Of a stretch of 64,000 nucleotides of DNA, positions 37,447 through 50,881 are shown piece after piece (position 1 is the stretch's first letter; every line of letters begins with the position of its first letter). The DNA is taken from the NCBI GenBank assembly GCA_051294375.1, contig CM119263.1, forward strand, positions 25,152,688-25,216,687, read 5' to 3'. A program made the position numbers and the translations under genes. The stretch comes from Paraspadella gotoi. Taxonomy: Eukaryota; Animalia; Chaetognatha. A model generated the notes under the pieces. That model was given only the letters and a program-made list of their open reading frames with translations, did no database searches and was not told the origin of the DNA.

Positions 37447-37932
37447 ACTGTTCTTCAGTACATGTTTTACTCAGAACAATAAACATCTGCTCAGATCAAG
37501 ATCAGATTCAGGCACAGTCACATAGAATTCTTAACTCTAAAATTATTTAAATTTAAAAATTTTGAACATTCACAGAATCATGCGGCATTTACTTATTTAT
37601 TTCATCAAAAAAGGTAGCCAAAATAAAGTTGCAGTTACAAAGTGGGAATTATTTGGCATTAAAATCAGAAATATAAACAGGTTAAACACTAATTATCATT
37701 GATTTGATTACAAAATTAACTTGGAAAATAAACTTGGAATCGCGGATTGCCAATGACGACGCGCCGGCAGATGTCGTTTGGAGGCCCTCGGCCTTTATCT
37801 TCTTGTAAGGTCCGGATCAGCACATTTACGTTTCGCCTAAACCTTGTCAAAAGAACTAAGAAATTACTTTCAGACTAAAAACCGCCAATTCTCACCAAAT
37901 TATAAAAATATCCAATTTTCCAAACTACAAAG

Positions 37933-38192
37933 TGCATAAAAAGCACTAAAAAGCTAATCTTATAACGCAATATCACCTGTGAAAGTGATAACTAGGAATC
38001 CACAAGGAACCCATAACTTACCAAACTATGGAAATCAGCGGTTGAGTCAGAGCTGAACTGATAAATAACCTGTCTCATAACCGCTGATTTCCATAGTTTG
38101 GTAAGATAGTGGTTCTTTGTATATTTCTAATTATCAACTTTCACCAGTTGATATTGCGTTTTTAGATTCCGCTTTTTAGTGCTTTTTATGCA
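37933..38192. repeat. ~260-bp foldback inverted repeat
   Basis: Outer arms tgcataaaaagcactaaaaagc / gctttttagtgctttttatgca. Perfect 27-bp inner stem cttaccaaactatggaaatcagcggtt (38017-38043) / aaccgctgatttccatagtttggtaag (38079-38105). Confidence 0.9.
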
Positions 38193-38805
38193 TGAAAATA
38201 GGACAGACAGGTCATTGAATTATATGCGCAGTAGTCTCAGTACTACTTAGTACTTACATAAGTTAGGAATGGGCTGGTCCCAGTTCCTCCCAAAGTACGT
38301 GAAAATCCTCTTTGGTGAGCCTCCTTGTTTAGGACGAATCATCGAAAGGCAAGGTTTTTGTGATCTGAGTGGATCGCGATGAAATAAAAGTTTTTCTCTC
38401 TCTTTATCTTTGAGTCTGTAAAGAAGTAAAATTATGAGTACCCACATTTAATATATAGTATCAAATGTACAATTTTTTTATACATAGTATATAAAGAACA
38501 TATACAGAAAATTATATTCGGAAACAAAGGAAGAACCACGGGGTATGGTTACTGATTAGTAATACCACCTCGGGACTGTCAGTGGCTGAACTAATATGTT
38601 ATGACTAGAAGTTATGGTTGAAAAACCACTTAAAAATACTTATTTAAAAAAAAAAATAACAAAATATCACCAAATTATCCTGAATCCTAAACCCCTCTTA
38701 ACCTAACCACCCCTAACCCTAAACCACCCTTAACCCTTACCCCCTCCAACCGAAGTAAAGTAACCCCAAAAAATTAATTACTATGCTTCTAGTATTTTGG
38801 TCATT

Positions 38806-39666
38806 TGAAGACGCTGTCTCAATCGGATTCACGACAAGGGAAAAGTATTCCACCTCAGAACTCATTGCCGAGGCCAAGGAAACGACAAATCATAACGCGC
38901 AGACGAAAAGCACGACTCAAAGATTTGCATTCTTGAAATTGATACGTTTTTAGCATTACTTACAAAATATTTACGTGTACATTTTTATCATTGTATTGTT
39001 AGAAATACGCAATCTTTAGCTTCGTTTGATATGTATAATGTAATTGTTTACTGCTTAAACTATTTGTAAACTATAAATTTGTATATGTAAACAAACAAAC
39101 GGATCGAGGTTAAACTTAAAGTGAAAATTACAAGTGCTTTCGATCAGGTCCAATCGCGATATATATAAATTCTGGAACTTTCCATTGTCGCTCGTTATTA
39201 TTACATGATAATAAACTTTACGTTTACGATAAAGGAGCACTTTTTTCTCTACAATGTAACATTTTATTATCATCAAATAATCACGAGCGACGAATGTAAA
39301 TACAAGTTTATATATAACACGATCGGACCTGATCGGAAGCAAGTGAAATTTGGTCGAACGCTTGATCCAATTTGTTGTTTACATGTATAAATATTAAGTT
39401 AAAAGTTGGTTTACATGCAATGATTATCAACTAAGAATACATCGACGAAATGTACAATTTAGTAGATCTAAAATACAATGATCGTAATTGTACATGGCGA
39501 AGTGAATAATTAAATACATAAAACATTGTAAAATTCAAGAATGCAAATCTTCTAGTTTGTGCTAATTATTTACTCTTGCAATTGTCCGGTTTTCGTCGGT
39601 TCGACCATGAGCGTTGAGACGGACTTTTTTGCCCCGTGTGTTGATCCGAAACAGACGACATCTTCA
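38806..39666. repeat. ~860-bp degenerate foldback inverted repeat centred near 39235
   Basis: Colinear paired blocks: agatttgcattcttgaa/ttcaagaatgcaaatct, atcattgtatt/aatacaatgat, cgatcaggtcc/ggacctgatcg, gtcgctcgt/acgagcgac, tgataataaa/tttattatca. Confidence 0.85.
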
Positions 39667-42600
39667 CCCTTTACATTACAAAATGCCAAACGAGTCCTTC
39701 AAAACCGACTATCTTAATATTTTTAAATTTAGGGTTGCATAGATATACTATCACGAAATGTTACATACGAGAAAAATCATTTACTGTAGTAATTTAGCAC
39801 CTAACAGATAAAGAAAACTAAGGCTTTATACTGGTTGAAGAATAGAGAGGGTGCATATAAATAATTATACATATATAACATGTACTTGTACAAAATACAT
39901 TTATAAATTCTACCTGTCATAATTCCTTGGTGAGCAGGCGCCATGTCATTAATAAATCAGTCATTGGTCCGACAAGGGTCGCTTTCCTCCAGTTCTCTTT
40001 CTTTCGACGACAAAGAACATAGTCATACTCCTCCGACGCGGCTCGAGGGCCAAGCGCTCCAAAACAAGAAATACTTAATAAATACTTAATAAACTTACTA
40101 TTTTACTTAATAAATATTATTATTAATTAAAATTAAAAACTTATTTAAGCTTTAAATTTTTCTTTCTTTTCTTATAATAAATCCTGTTCCGCTTCGACGC
40201 CATACCCCTCGCCGTAGCTCGCGACCAGAACGCTCGTAACAAAGAAATGGTAATAAAACATATTATTATATAAAAATAATAAAATTAATATAAATAATAT
40301 AATATAATTTATATATAATATTAAAAAGTTCAGCAGGAAAGATGTTGCATATAAACGAGCAACAGAAATCCTCTTTCGCAACCGCGGTTGCTCATCGCAA
40401 GGGCCATGCTTTCGGATTTTGATTCGCGATAGAGTCAATTATGCGCGTTTGGGTCCAATATAAAATGTTAATCCGAAGCAAAAGCCCTTTGTTTCTTCGG
40501 ATTTATTTTAACGTTTAGAATATTAGCCTCGCGCTCCACCTAAAAATGAAGTAGAGACACTGTACTTTCTAACCATGGTACTCAAAATGGACATTCTTCG
40601 TGGCATGACGTTGGAATTGAGCTAAAAAAGAAAGTTCATTTGATTACCAAAACAAGCAATCAAGCTTGGAAATTTTTTACCTTTTTTTAGATCAATGGAG
40701 AGAGAAAACCATGGGCTTTCATATATAAAGTCAAAATGGAGTATGGTTCTTTATTTATTGAAGAAGAGCTGGTCTACGGAGAGTAGTTACGAAGGGGTCC
40801 AACCAGTCAACTTCAAATGCATTTAATACATGAAAAAATTAAATTCCGCTCGCGCTCCACCTCGATGGCCTTCCCAAGACCCTACACTTTCGATCTACCC
40901 ATATTATTACTATTTTATTAAGGCTTGACATGGGATTTTATATAGAATCGATTCAACGCGAAAACTTGATCCACCCGGTCGACCGAAAACGACTGACATC
41001 CCCAGTCTTATGCACCCGAATCATTTTAAGTAACGACTTATGACGTGGTTAACTGGTTATTTGTCATTTAGGCTAAAAGGTTTCCGCCTGTTGCAGACGA
41101 AAATTTTTCAGTTGCGGTGTTTTTTTTTGGTGGGGGGGGGAATTAAAACCAAATATGCAAACTGCGCGGTGGGCGCTGTCAAGTTTTCTTGATATACTTT
41201 TCTTATGTGTTCGATCAAACTTTCAAAATAATTATTTAGCCTCTTAAATTCGCTTTGAAAAACATCTGGAACTGTTCGAATCGTTTAATCTTACGTCACA
41301 CTCATACCTCGACGTCTTGTATCTCTGCATGCATCCAGCGCGTGCACCCACTGCGTGCAACCACTGGCGCGACTCACGCGATGCAAACCGCAAAAAAAAA
41401 AATATATAAAAATTGGGAAAGTCATAACTTTGAAACCGCAGCTCGGGACTCCGCCTTTGAAATTGCGGTGGAATGAAGAAGTGGAGGCGGTTAACCGAGA
41501 AAAAAAAGGAACGGGAGAATGAACGCCCGCAGGAAAAGGTAATGGAAAAGCCTTGCTAGCGTCGTTCGTGAGTGGGTCAGGTTGCGATTTGAAGAAAATT
41601 CCGTTAGAACTTAGTGCACCAAGTTCTTGGGAAATTGGATTTGATTCTAAGCAGTATGCACAGTATATACCATGATGGGAAAAAAATTGTCGCGGTTACT
41701 TTCCAGCTTTTTTTTCGGCATTTTAATATAAGAATCGAAAAATAAAATTTTGATATCAAGAAACTTTGGCCCCTTGTGATTCATATGAGCTGTATCTTAT
41801 TTATGTATGATAAAAAATACAAGAGTTCCATGCAAAAGAAAATGAGTTGTCCAAAAAAAAGGAAAAAAAGTGAAAACAGGTAGAGACAACCTTTTTTGGA
41901 AGTAATTGTAATCAATAAATAATTTTATGCTGTTGAGAAATAATATTTTTATTCAGCCCAAGGGAGGTCATATTACATATTAAAACCTATTTAATAGCCA
42001 AAAAATATATTTGACAATAAAATTAACCGACTTTTCCAAACCGCGACAATTTTTTTTTCCATCATGGTATAAATGCTTTTTTAAGCGTTGCGATAAGAGA
42101 CTTTGCCTTTTTCTCCAATTTAGAGGAACTTTTAACTACCAGACTTTGTTAGTTCCGGGACCTCAGGCTATATTTATAAGCACCTGCGAGACAAAGACCC
42201 ACCAGTTTGATAATTAACTTCCGCAATCTAGATCGCTGCTGGTTTGAACACTTTCCGTCTTCCGCAATAGTTTAATAAACTGTACATGTCTAGGATACTG
42301 TTTGTCAGTAAGTCTCTATGTCAGTTTGTCTGTTCCATCCGCATATTTGAAAAAGACACTATTTAAAGCCACGAAAAGCTATATTTTAAAATATGTACAG
42401 TTCTAAGACGAATAGTCAACCGTCAACTTTTGGAAGTTGGTGCAATTCCTCCGCTAATCACATCCGCCAAGTAGCACTATTAAATTCGCTTCAGAAAATC
42501 GAATTCAAATCTCAAATTCACATCATTACCCTAATAATTCCCGCTCTAAGGGGGTCCATCGCTTTTACTACCAGACTTCAAAGAACTCGAGCCCATTTTC

Positions 42601-44162
42601 CGAACCGAGTTAAGAAAACACAAACCCCCTTTCCTTTAAAGCCACTCTTTTCTTTCGAACCTTTAACCACTCCCGGCACTCCCTCATTCTGATTGAACCG
42701 CAAACGTGCACGGAAAAACCCTTCTGAACATGCGAGGATGTTACGCGCATCGCATGCGTGGGTTGTTTATTGTTTTGGGTGTGAAATCCGGGGATCGGCG
42801 AAGAGAGCTCGACTCTAGGATCGTTCGTTAGGGGAGGATGACGCGTATAGGTTTTGGAAAGCGATTTTTAAGGCCGAGGGTGTGTCTTGTGTCTTCAAGA
42901 CAAAAATGGCGGTTTATGTGTACTTTCTCCGACATATTTACATAAATTCGTTTAGTTAAACCGCACTACCATATTTTATACAACTATAAGCAAATATTGT
43001 ATAATTTTACCATTGGCACTGAAGTAAGAATAAAAAATAAATGATAAACATAGAAAAAAATGTAGAAAAAATAGTTTATGTACAAAATATAGAAAGGATG
43101 CGCTGAATTAGCGGTCTTTGACCGATATATTCTATTAAAAAGTTATAACTCTTTCTGTTTATTTCAATCGTCTGTCGAAATTCTAGAAAGAGACCTGAAC
43201 GAGGTTGAACTTCAAATGTAACTCGTTTTACTTCTTCTTTCATAAAATATTGAAATATTACCTATTTTTTAAAGTCTCTCCTTTGAGTTATATATCGAAT
43301 TGACTGTCAGAAAACGCACGCGTAAGATCAACGACCCTAAATCGCACGCAGAGTCGTTAAATTGTACGAAACCACCACGCCCCTTTTTTAAAAAAATTCA
43401 CACGAAACCTCGCGCGCTTCCCCCGCAGGTTCCGGTTCCTAACGAGTTTTCGTCAAGAGCCAAAAACCGCAGTGGAATGTCGTCACTCTTAAAACTTACC
43501 TGTCGTCAACTCGATGAACTTACCTTTCAACTCGGCTCATTTTTCTCGAAAACACGATGTCAAAAGTTTAAAGGCTAAACGCTTCGTAATCCCACGCTAG
43601 CCAAGCGGAGACGGGAGGAAACAGTTGAGCGGAAAACGAAAGCGTTTAACTTCGATGCCTCCGAGATTCGCTCAACCCTGAAACGACGCATGAATTTAAT
43701 TTTTTAGTCGGTCGGTCGGTCAGAATTTTCATTCTTTAAATTATCATTTGAGTAAATTTTATAGAATTAAGTCATTTTGGTATTACGTTTGGGCATAAAC
43801 AATAATACCCTCAGATTTAGGAAAAAAAATATTTTCTTAGCTTAAAAATAATTTCGATGAAGGGATAGGAACGAAATAGTCATTTGATTTTTTTTTTCCG
43901 TTTTTATTAAAAATGTAATATCCCAAAACAAGCTCAAAAAAAAAGTAACGGAGAGATTGTTTCATAATAACAAAGGTAACAACATTGAAACTATAAACGT
44001 AACAGGTGGACAAAAAAAGAAACAGCCAATTTAATTCTTAAAATTTCAGGGAAAGATTATAAGTTTTTTTCTCTCACAATTAACAATTTTTTTTTTTTTA
44101 TCGGCTAATTATTATCTAATATTTGATTGTTACGTTATGACAATTGATCCAAGTTTAAACAA

Positions 44163-44251
44163 CCTCGGTTTGCTGATTGGCCCGAAATCACTTCCGTTTT
44201 CCAAATTGGCGTAAAAACCCCCTCCGTTTTTCTGATTGGCCTTAAAACCAC
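44163..44251. promoter_or_regulatory. Three ATTGG (inverted CCAAT) boxes at 29-30 bp spacing
   Basis: ATTGG at 44176, 44205 and 44235 within ~30-bp tandem units; repeated near 54330-54400. Confidence 0.4.
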
Positions 44252-45032
44252 AATCAAATCCTATTAAATTAATGATTCACATGGCATTTAGAACATCGAG
44301 TCTCATTTTTGCGCAATAAGCCAGCAATTTGTTCGCCGATTACTCACCCGGGATCCCGTGTCATTTTTTCTAACTGTTCTAAAAATAAAAAACTTGCACA
44401 GACTTACGCCAAGTAATCGTAAACACGCTCATTTTTATTGAAAATAAATTACCTATACCTTTAATCGCGTGTTCTTTTTGCTAACGTTCTAAAAATAAAA
44501 AGGGTGTAACCTGTACTTACCTTCGCGACGTACTCAAAACGTAAACACTATCATTTTAAAAATAAACTATACGTTTCATGCTTTTTGAAAGGAACATCGT
44601 TCGTGTTTTATCTTGTCATAAAAGTCATCCATGCGTAATTCTATATTTTTTTTCTAAGTATTCATCGTCATTGTCGTTATTATTGGTGTCGTCGTTGTCG
44701 TCGTTGTCGTCCTTGTCATCGTCGTTTTCGTAATTCGTTGTCGAGGTAGTCATAGTTTCAGTCGAAGGCAATTATTTCCTTTCTCGCTGTAGTTATGTTT
44801 CTTGTCGCCGAAGTTCGCAATTATCGTTATCGGCGTTCTCTTTGTCGTCGTCATCGTTGTCGTCGTCGTCATCGTTGTCGTCGTCGTCGCCAACTTCGTC
44901 TCAAATTTCGGTTCCGGATTTTGATGGAATCGGCGGAAAATCGAGAAGAAAAAAGAAAAAAGNNNNNNNNNNNNNNNNNNNNNNNNNTCGCGTGACTCAA
45001 ATGATCGAAAGAAAAAAAGAGCATATTCTGCA

Positions 45033-45123
<91 letters not shown>

Positions 45124-46481
45124 CAATAAAAGACGCCTCCTCCTCATCCTCCATTCGAAAAAAAAAAGAGGAAGGAAGTGAAAGTTGTTGAACAACGCGA
45201 AACCGAAAAACCATAACAACAACAACGACGGAGAAAAAAAAGCAGAGGAAGGAACTGACCGTAAAATAAAATCAAGCCTCTGAGGCTCCAGCTTCCACTC
45301 ACAACCGACAAAACACTTTAAAGGAAGGCCATTTTTTTTTAAAACTGCAAACCTATTTCAAAACAAGATCATATGTACAAAGGATAACATTTTAGTTTAA
45401 AAAAATTGTCTAAGTTTTTATTGCGACGATTTCAAACCGCACACTCAAGTCAAGAGAAAAATCCAGACAATTTTGAAACGTAGTTTAAACTAAGGACAGA
45501 CATTATCTTTTCCGCCGCAGAACGAAACTAAAAAAAAAAAGAGTCGAATAATCGATCCAAATTCCATTCGGACCCGAAAAAGCGAAACTTTGAGTCATGT
45601 CCGTTTCCGAAGGGCGGAACTGCGCAGAAAAGCGGGAAAACGGAAAGGGGGAAGGGTTGAGGTGGTTGAAGGGGACAGAGGGAGGGAGGCAAAGGGAAGA
45701 GGGCGCTGGGGAAAAGGAAAGGTAAGGGGGCAAAGGGAGGAGAAGTAGGCACGGAGGGGAAGAGAGGGCGGGGGGAGAAGGAGGGGAAAAAGGAAAGTTG
45801 CAAAAGGAAGGGAATGGAGAAAGGGAAGATAAGAAATAGGAAAACGGCAAGGTGTATAAAAGGATGAAGAGAAAAAGTGGAAAGGGGAGATGGAGACGAG
45901 ACAAGCCACAGCGGTGGAATTGGGAGAAGAATGGAAGGCGTGACATCACCTGAAGGCCGCGGCAGAACGTTGAAGTTGATGAAGGGAAGGACGACACGAA
46001 CGACGACGACGACGACGAACGCAGAAAATCGATTTGGCAGCGGAGTAATTTCAGGTTTTTTTACGGCGAGACACGAACGCGTTCCAACGTTGAGTTGGAG
46101 TCGGAGCGTGGAGGGTGGGTAGCGGTGGGTTGGGTGGTTGCCGTGGTGACTTGTGACTCAAGAAAGAGGGTTTGGTTAAATTGAGGAGGGGAAAAATATT
46201 GATTGAGATTCGAGTTATGAATGATAATCGAGCTCTGAATTATGGCGGCGAGGGCGCGCGCCGGGCGTGGCCACACGACGCCCGAACGAGACGCCACCCA
46301 CGCACTGACCTCCGTCGACGCCGAATTCCAAATCTTGTAATTTTCTTGCGTTTTTATCTTTTGTTTTACTTTTTCTCTTTTCCCTCGACGTCGGTTAAAA
46401 AGCTTTTTCCCTGGTGTCGTGAGGAAGGAAGAAAATACACGGAGGGCGGGCACGTTTGAATTCTCACAACATCTGCCCGCC

Positions 46482-46544
<63 letters not shown>

Positions 46545-46627
46545 CGTCGCCTGTTGCTTCTGGCTTTTGGGTTTTCCAATGAGTCATCCTCCGAAACTTT
46601 TGCAAGAGAGAGAGATAAAAAAAACCC

Positions 46628-46885
46628 TCATGCGGGAAACGATCGAGAAATCAAGGATCCGTCATCGCCTTCGTCTTTGTCGAAAATTTCGTCTTTGTCG
46701 GAAATTTGTCTTTGTCGTCTTTGTCGTCTTTGTCGTCTTTTTCCGTCTTTGCCGTCTTTGTCGTCTTTGCCGCCTTTGTCGTCTTTGTCGTCTTTGTCGT
46801 CTGTGTCGTTCTTCGCCTCTTTATCGTCTTTGTGGCTCATGTCTTCAACGTCTTCTTGATTCGAACGTCGGGCCTAAGTAATTCG
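46628..46885 (-). CDS. Probable terminal exon encoding (KDD)n acidic repeats; unidentified gene with indels
   Basis: Acceptor aaatttacag, 9-bp repeat gacgacaaa, ending DKDEGDDGSLISRSFPA*. A second copy lies at ~56765-57022 with different indels. Confidence 0.4.
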
Positions 46886-49166
46886 TCTGTAAATTTCTCC
46901 ACTTAGAAATATAATTTGTTTTATTTTTTGTTATGATTTTAGGTCGAAATTTTTAACCCAATTTTCCCCGAGTTCCGCTTTGATGTGACAACTAAAGTTT
47001 GAAGTTGAATTAGACTTCCTTTTAACCTTAATTTATTCATTTCCGGACAAAAACTGGTGTTAACTTAGTCAAGTTTTCCCTCTCGATCTATTTTTTGTGA
47101 TCTATTTCGGTGACCCCCTTCTTTTGGAGATCTGTTTTGGTGATCTTCCGAATATCTGGGTTGGCGGTCGCGGCGAAATTTTGCCTCTGCTCTATCATTT
47201 AACTGGTTCGATTTCGGGGATTAAAATTTGTCGAGTTTGTCGCTTCGATAATGGATTTTGACTTCGGCCCCTTTTTCGGGTTGACGTTACGTCGAAATCA
47301 ATTATGATTATGCTTAAATTTTGGCGCTAGTGTTTCTCTGAGTATCGATTTCATATAGTTTTTCTCTATTAGTTGAGAAAGATTACTTATTACTTATTCC
47401 TCTTTATTTTTCGTCTTCCACAAATGGTCCTCACTTTTTTCCTCTTCGATTATTGACAGGTGAACGGTTCCAAAGGCGCGAAAACTCAGCAGCTGCGAAA
47501 AAAAAAACGATTGAGAGAAAGAGCGATTAAAAGGAGACAAAGAGGGGGCTCGTTTTCTCGTTTTCAATGCCGACCAAGATGCCGACCCCGATGCCAACGC
47601 GATGCCGACCGCCGACCACGATGCATCCACTCCTCGCGAGTTCGGATTATTTGACTCTCGTGACCGAATCCTCGTTTGATCGATGGCCTAATCCCAATGA
47701 CACGCCCTCTCATCCTTTCGACCCCCTTCTTTCCCAATTTCGCTTCTTCTCTCGTCAAACTCAAAATTTTCATTCGAAACAATTGATGTCTTTGGAAGTT
47801 TCGGGTTCTTTGGTAAAATAAAATCAGTTTCATTGTGTCTGAAGGCCATTCGTGTTCACACTCAAAGCGCGACTTACAATATCAACGAGTCCCGCATCCC
47901 CAGCAAGCAACTTTCCCTTTCCGAGAGATCTCATAAATCCCCTAACAACCTTTCCATCTCCAATCCAAATTGCTATCCCCCCTGCCAACCCCCCCAGCAT
48001 CCCTTTTCAAATCCCTATTCCCGTCGCCAGCGACGATTTGGCGCGGAGAAAAAAGGGTTCGAAATATCATGACGAGCATTCGCGAAGGCGACAACGACGA
48101 CAAACGACGACGAAAACGACGCAACAATAACGACAAAACGTGGGACGCGGGAAGACTCACGCGGCGTAAAAGGGCAACGATAACGACGACGATAACGACG
48201 GACGCGACGAATGACTGTAACGAAGGAGTCGCTGTCGGTCGAAATTGTAAACGCCGTCGATTCCCGCTGAGAGAGGAGGTCGAAGACGAGGGCGAAGATT
48301 GGGGTCGGAGGGGAGGGGAAAAAGGAGGAAGAGGAGGGGCATAGGAGGTGGGAGAAGGGGAGGGGAGCGAACCGTTGGAGATCGAAGACGCTAAGGGGGG
48401 GGGGAGTGGAAAAGAAAGAGAGAAAGAAGACGTACGGGAGAAATGCTGGAATAAATACGCCTTTTAAAAGGGATTGATAAGAAAAAAAAAAATGACCGAT
48501 AAATTTCAAACTTTAATGAGTTTTTGAGAAAAATTATTGGCCTTACTATGTATTAATTTCAAAATAATAGAATATTTTGACTGAGTTGTTAGAACTCATA
48601 GCAGCAGTTAATATAAATATTATCAAACAGTGTAGAACTTACAGACTACTGATGTAGCATGATGGCAATATATTGATATTGTGTTTTTAAAATTACAAAT
48701 GAGAGAAAAAATTTATTATAGGTCGCAGTAATTATGATTTTTTATCTCTATTCGGGGAATGGTAATTGAAACTAACAATAACATAAACCCAGACAACTCT
48801 CTTTCTCTCTTTCTCTCATCTCTCTCTCTCTCCTTCTCTCTCTCTCTCTCTGTCCTCTTTTCTGTTGGTGTCTCGTCTTCTCTTAACGGTTGAATTCTCA
48901 CTGCGTCCCTTGATGAGTCAACCGATCGAACTTCTCTTCAACAGAAAACTGAATAAATCAATATTAGGTTTTGATTGAGGTTTTTGAGATTCACCGTTTG
49001 GACGCCTTTGGAATTAGATCACCCTGTCACGCGCCCGATACTTCATTATGCAAATGAACCTCTTGACGTCACGAAGAATTGTTTTCTTGAAGACGCTTGT
49101 TATTTAGAGTAGTAATTTATTCAATTTTGTTTTCATCCTTTCTCTCTCTCTCTCTCTCCTCTCTCT

Positions 49167-49216
<50 letters not shown>

Positions 49217-49824
49217 CTCCTCGTTCTCTTTGGCTCTCCTCCGTCTCTCATCATTATTAAGTTTGTTTTGGTTTTTTTTTTCAATAAACCAAAATTTGAC
49301 CTCTTGTTACAAGAATAAGTACTGACTTCGATTTCGTAAGCAGTCCTCAAACTCACCATCAACAGTCTAACATCCGTGAGCCGTATCACCATCTGTCACT
49401 GCACCATCTGCCATTTTCACAGTCCGCATTCACAATCACTCTCACCATGACCTTTCCGTGTTTTCTATCGATGAGTCACTCGAGGGAGGCGAGGAGGGTT
49501 GGTGGAAGGAACGAATATGAAAGAGAAAGTGAACAGATGGGAGTGGCTTTGTTCTTTTGAGGACAGAGAGTGGACTCAAAAAATCACTGGAGCGAATTGT
49601 GGGCGCCCGGGCGCGTCGGGACTGGTTCATTTTAGAAATGTTTAGGCCGTCTTTGTTAAAATTCCCAAAAATTATGGCTTGTTTATTGAATCATAGATAA
49701 CTTTTATATTGTTTCCCCCGAATTTCATTGAGGTGTTTATATGATTCTGGTGTGGTGAAAGGGTTTCTAGGTGCATAAGCGGTCGAGTCGTCTGACCCAG
49801 TTAGAAATCTCAAAACGCGAAAAA

Positions 49825-50245
49825 TTTCCGCCTATAAAACCGGAAGCGCATCGATTTCTCCGGAATCCACGCAAGAGGCGATGACCTAAATCCTATCAAA
49901 GGTCGCTCTCCTGATTGGCTTGACGCGCGACGTCTTCTCATTGGCGGATCATCCATCCTCGCGATTGGTCGAACGATTTTTCTCGATCTATAGTTGTCGA
50001 CGTCAGATGATCGAAGTCTTGGTTTTAAACTCAGGATTAGTTCGATTTCGGTTTTTCGCTCCATGAGCCGCGACTCTGACGCCAGTCGCCAAGTTTTTGG
50101 ACTAATGAGGCGTAAACAATAACACGAGTCCGGAAAATGATCTAGATTTAAAAGCATCGGACTCTTGATCGATTCTGTCGTCGGTCGGTCGGCCATGTCG
50201 GCTTGGCGATGTAGGCCTGGCCAGTGGGACCGGAAGTCGACTGAT
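49825..50245. promoter_or_regulatory. CpG-rich promoter-like segment or first exon
   Basis: cctataaaa, three ATTGG boxes and ccggaagt (ETS-like, ~50230), just upstream of a - strand ATG at 50196 (MADRPTTESIKSPMLL). Confidence 0.35.
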
Positions 50246-50476
50246 ACGAAGGCGGGAAAGGGGGCGTCGAATTAAGGAGAATGCGGAAAGTTATTTTCTG
50301 AGATATGAGATAAAAAGACAATTTGAATCAATATATAAAATGTTAATTTGAGAAAACCTATGTGGTTGGATTGGTTTGCTCCGAATTCGATTCACTGAAC
50401 TGAAATCTTACACGCGAATCTTTGAACGACGAGTAAGAAAGGATCCTTTGTTTATCAGTCTCAGTGTCTCTCTCTC

Positions 50477-50540
<64 letters not shown>

Positions 50541-50881
50541 CTCTGCTCTCATCTCTCTCTCTCATCTTCGGAGTCGATCATAACCGACAAGTTCCACTAA
50601 CGAAAGGCGGGCCGAAATCCCTTTGTTGTCGTTGTCCTTGTAGCGGAAATATTAAAATTCGGAAACTGCGAATATTGGCGGCAAACTCAAGCTAAGAACT
50701 TAAAACGGTTTTCGCGCTTCGCTTGTCGTTATCGTTTTGGTTATATTCATAATTACACATTCCTGTCTTGTTGTCGTTGTTAATTCTTTGTTTTTTCCTC
50801 GTCTTCTTCGTCCTACTTTTTCCTTCTCGAAAGTTCGACGAGCGATTAGCATTCGCGTTGATCGAAAGGTCTCTTCTCTCC

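Larger units (their letters stand above)
41953..50878 (+). repeat. ~9 kb direct repeat, copy 1
   Basis: Colinear with 52136-61008 along its whole length; differences are largely 1-2 bp indels. Confidence 0.95.

Noticed and set aside
38690-38750. Interstitial telomeric repeat (ccctaa-like)
   Set aside because: Too short and degenerate to call.
39910-40440. Exon-like GC-rich islands (ESMALAMSNR, reminiscent of a TPR helix)
   Set aside because: No phase-consistent exon chain could be built; similarity too weak.
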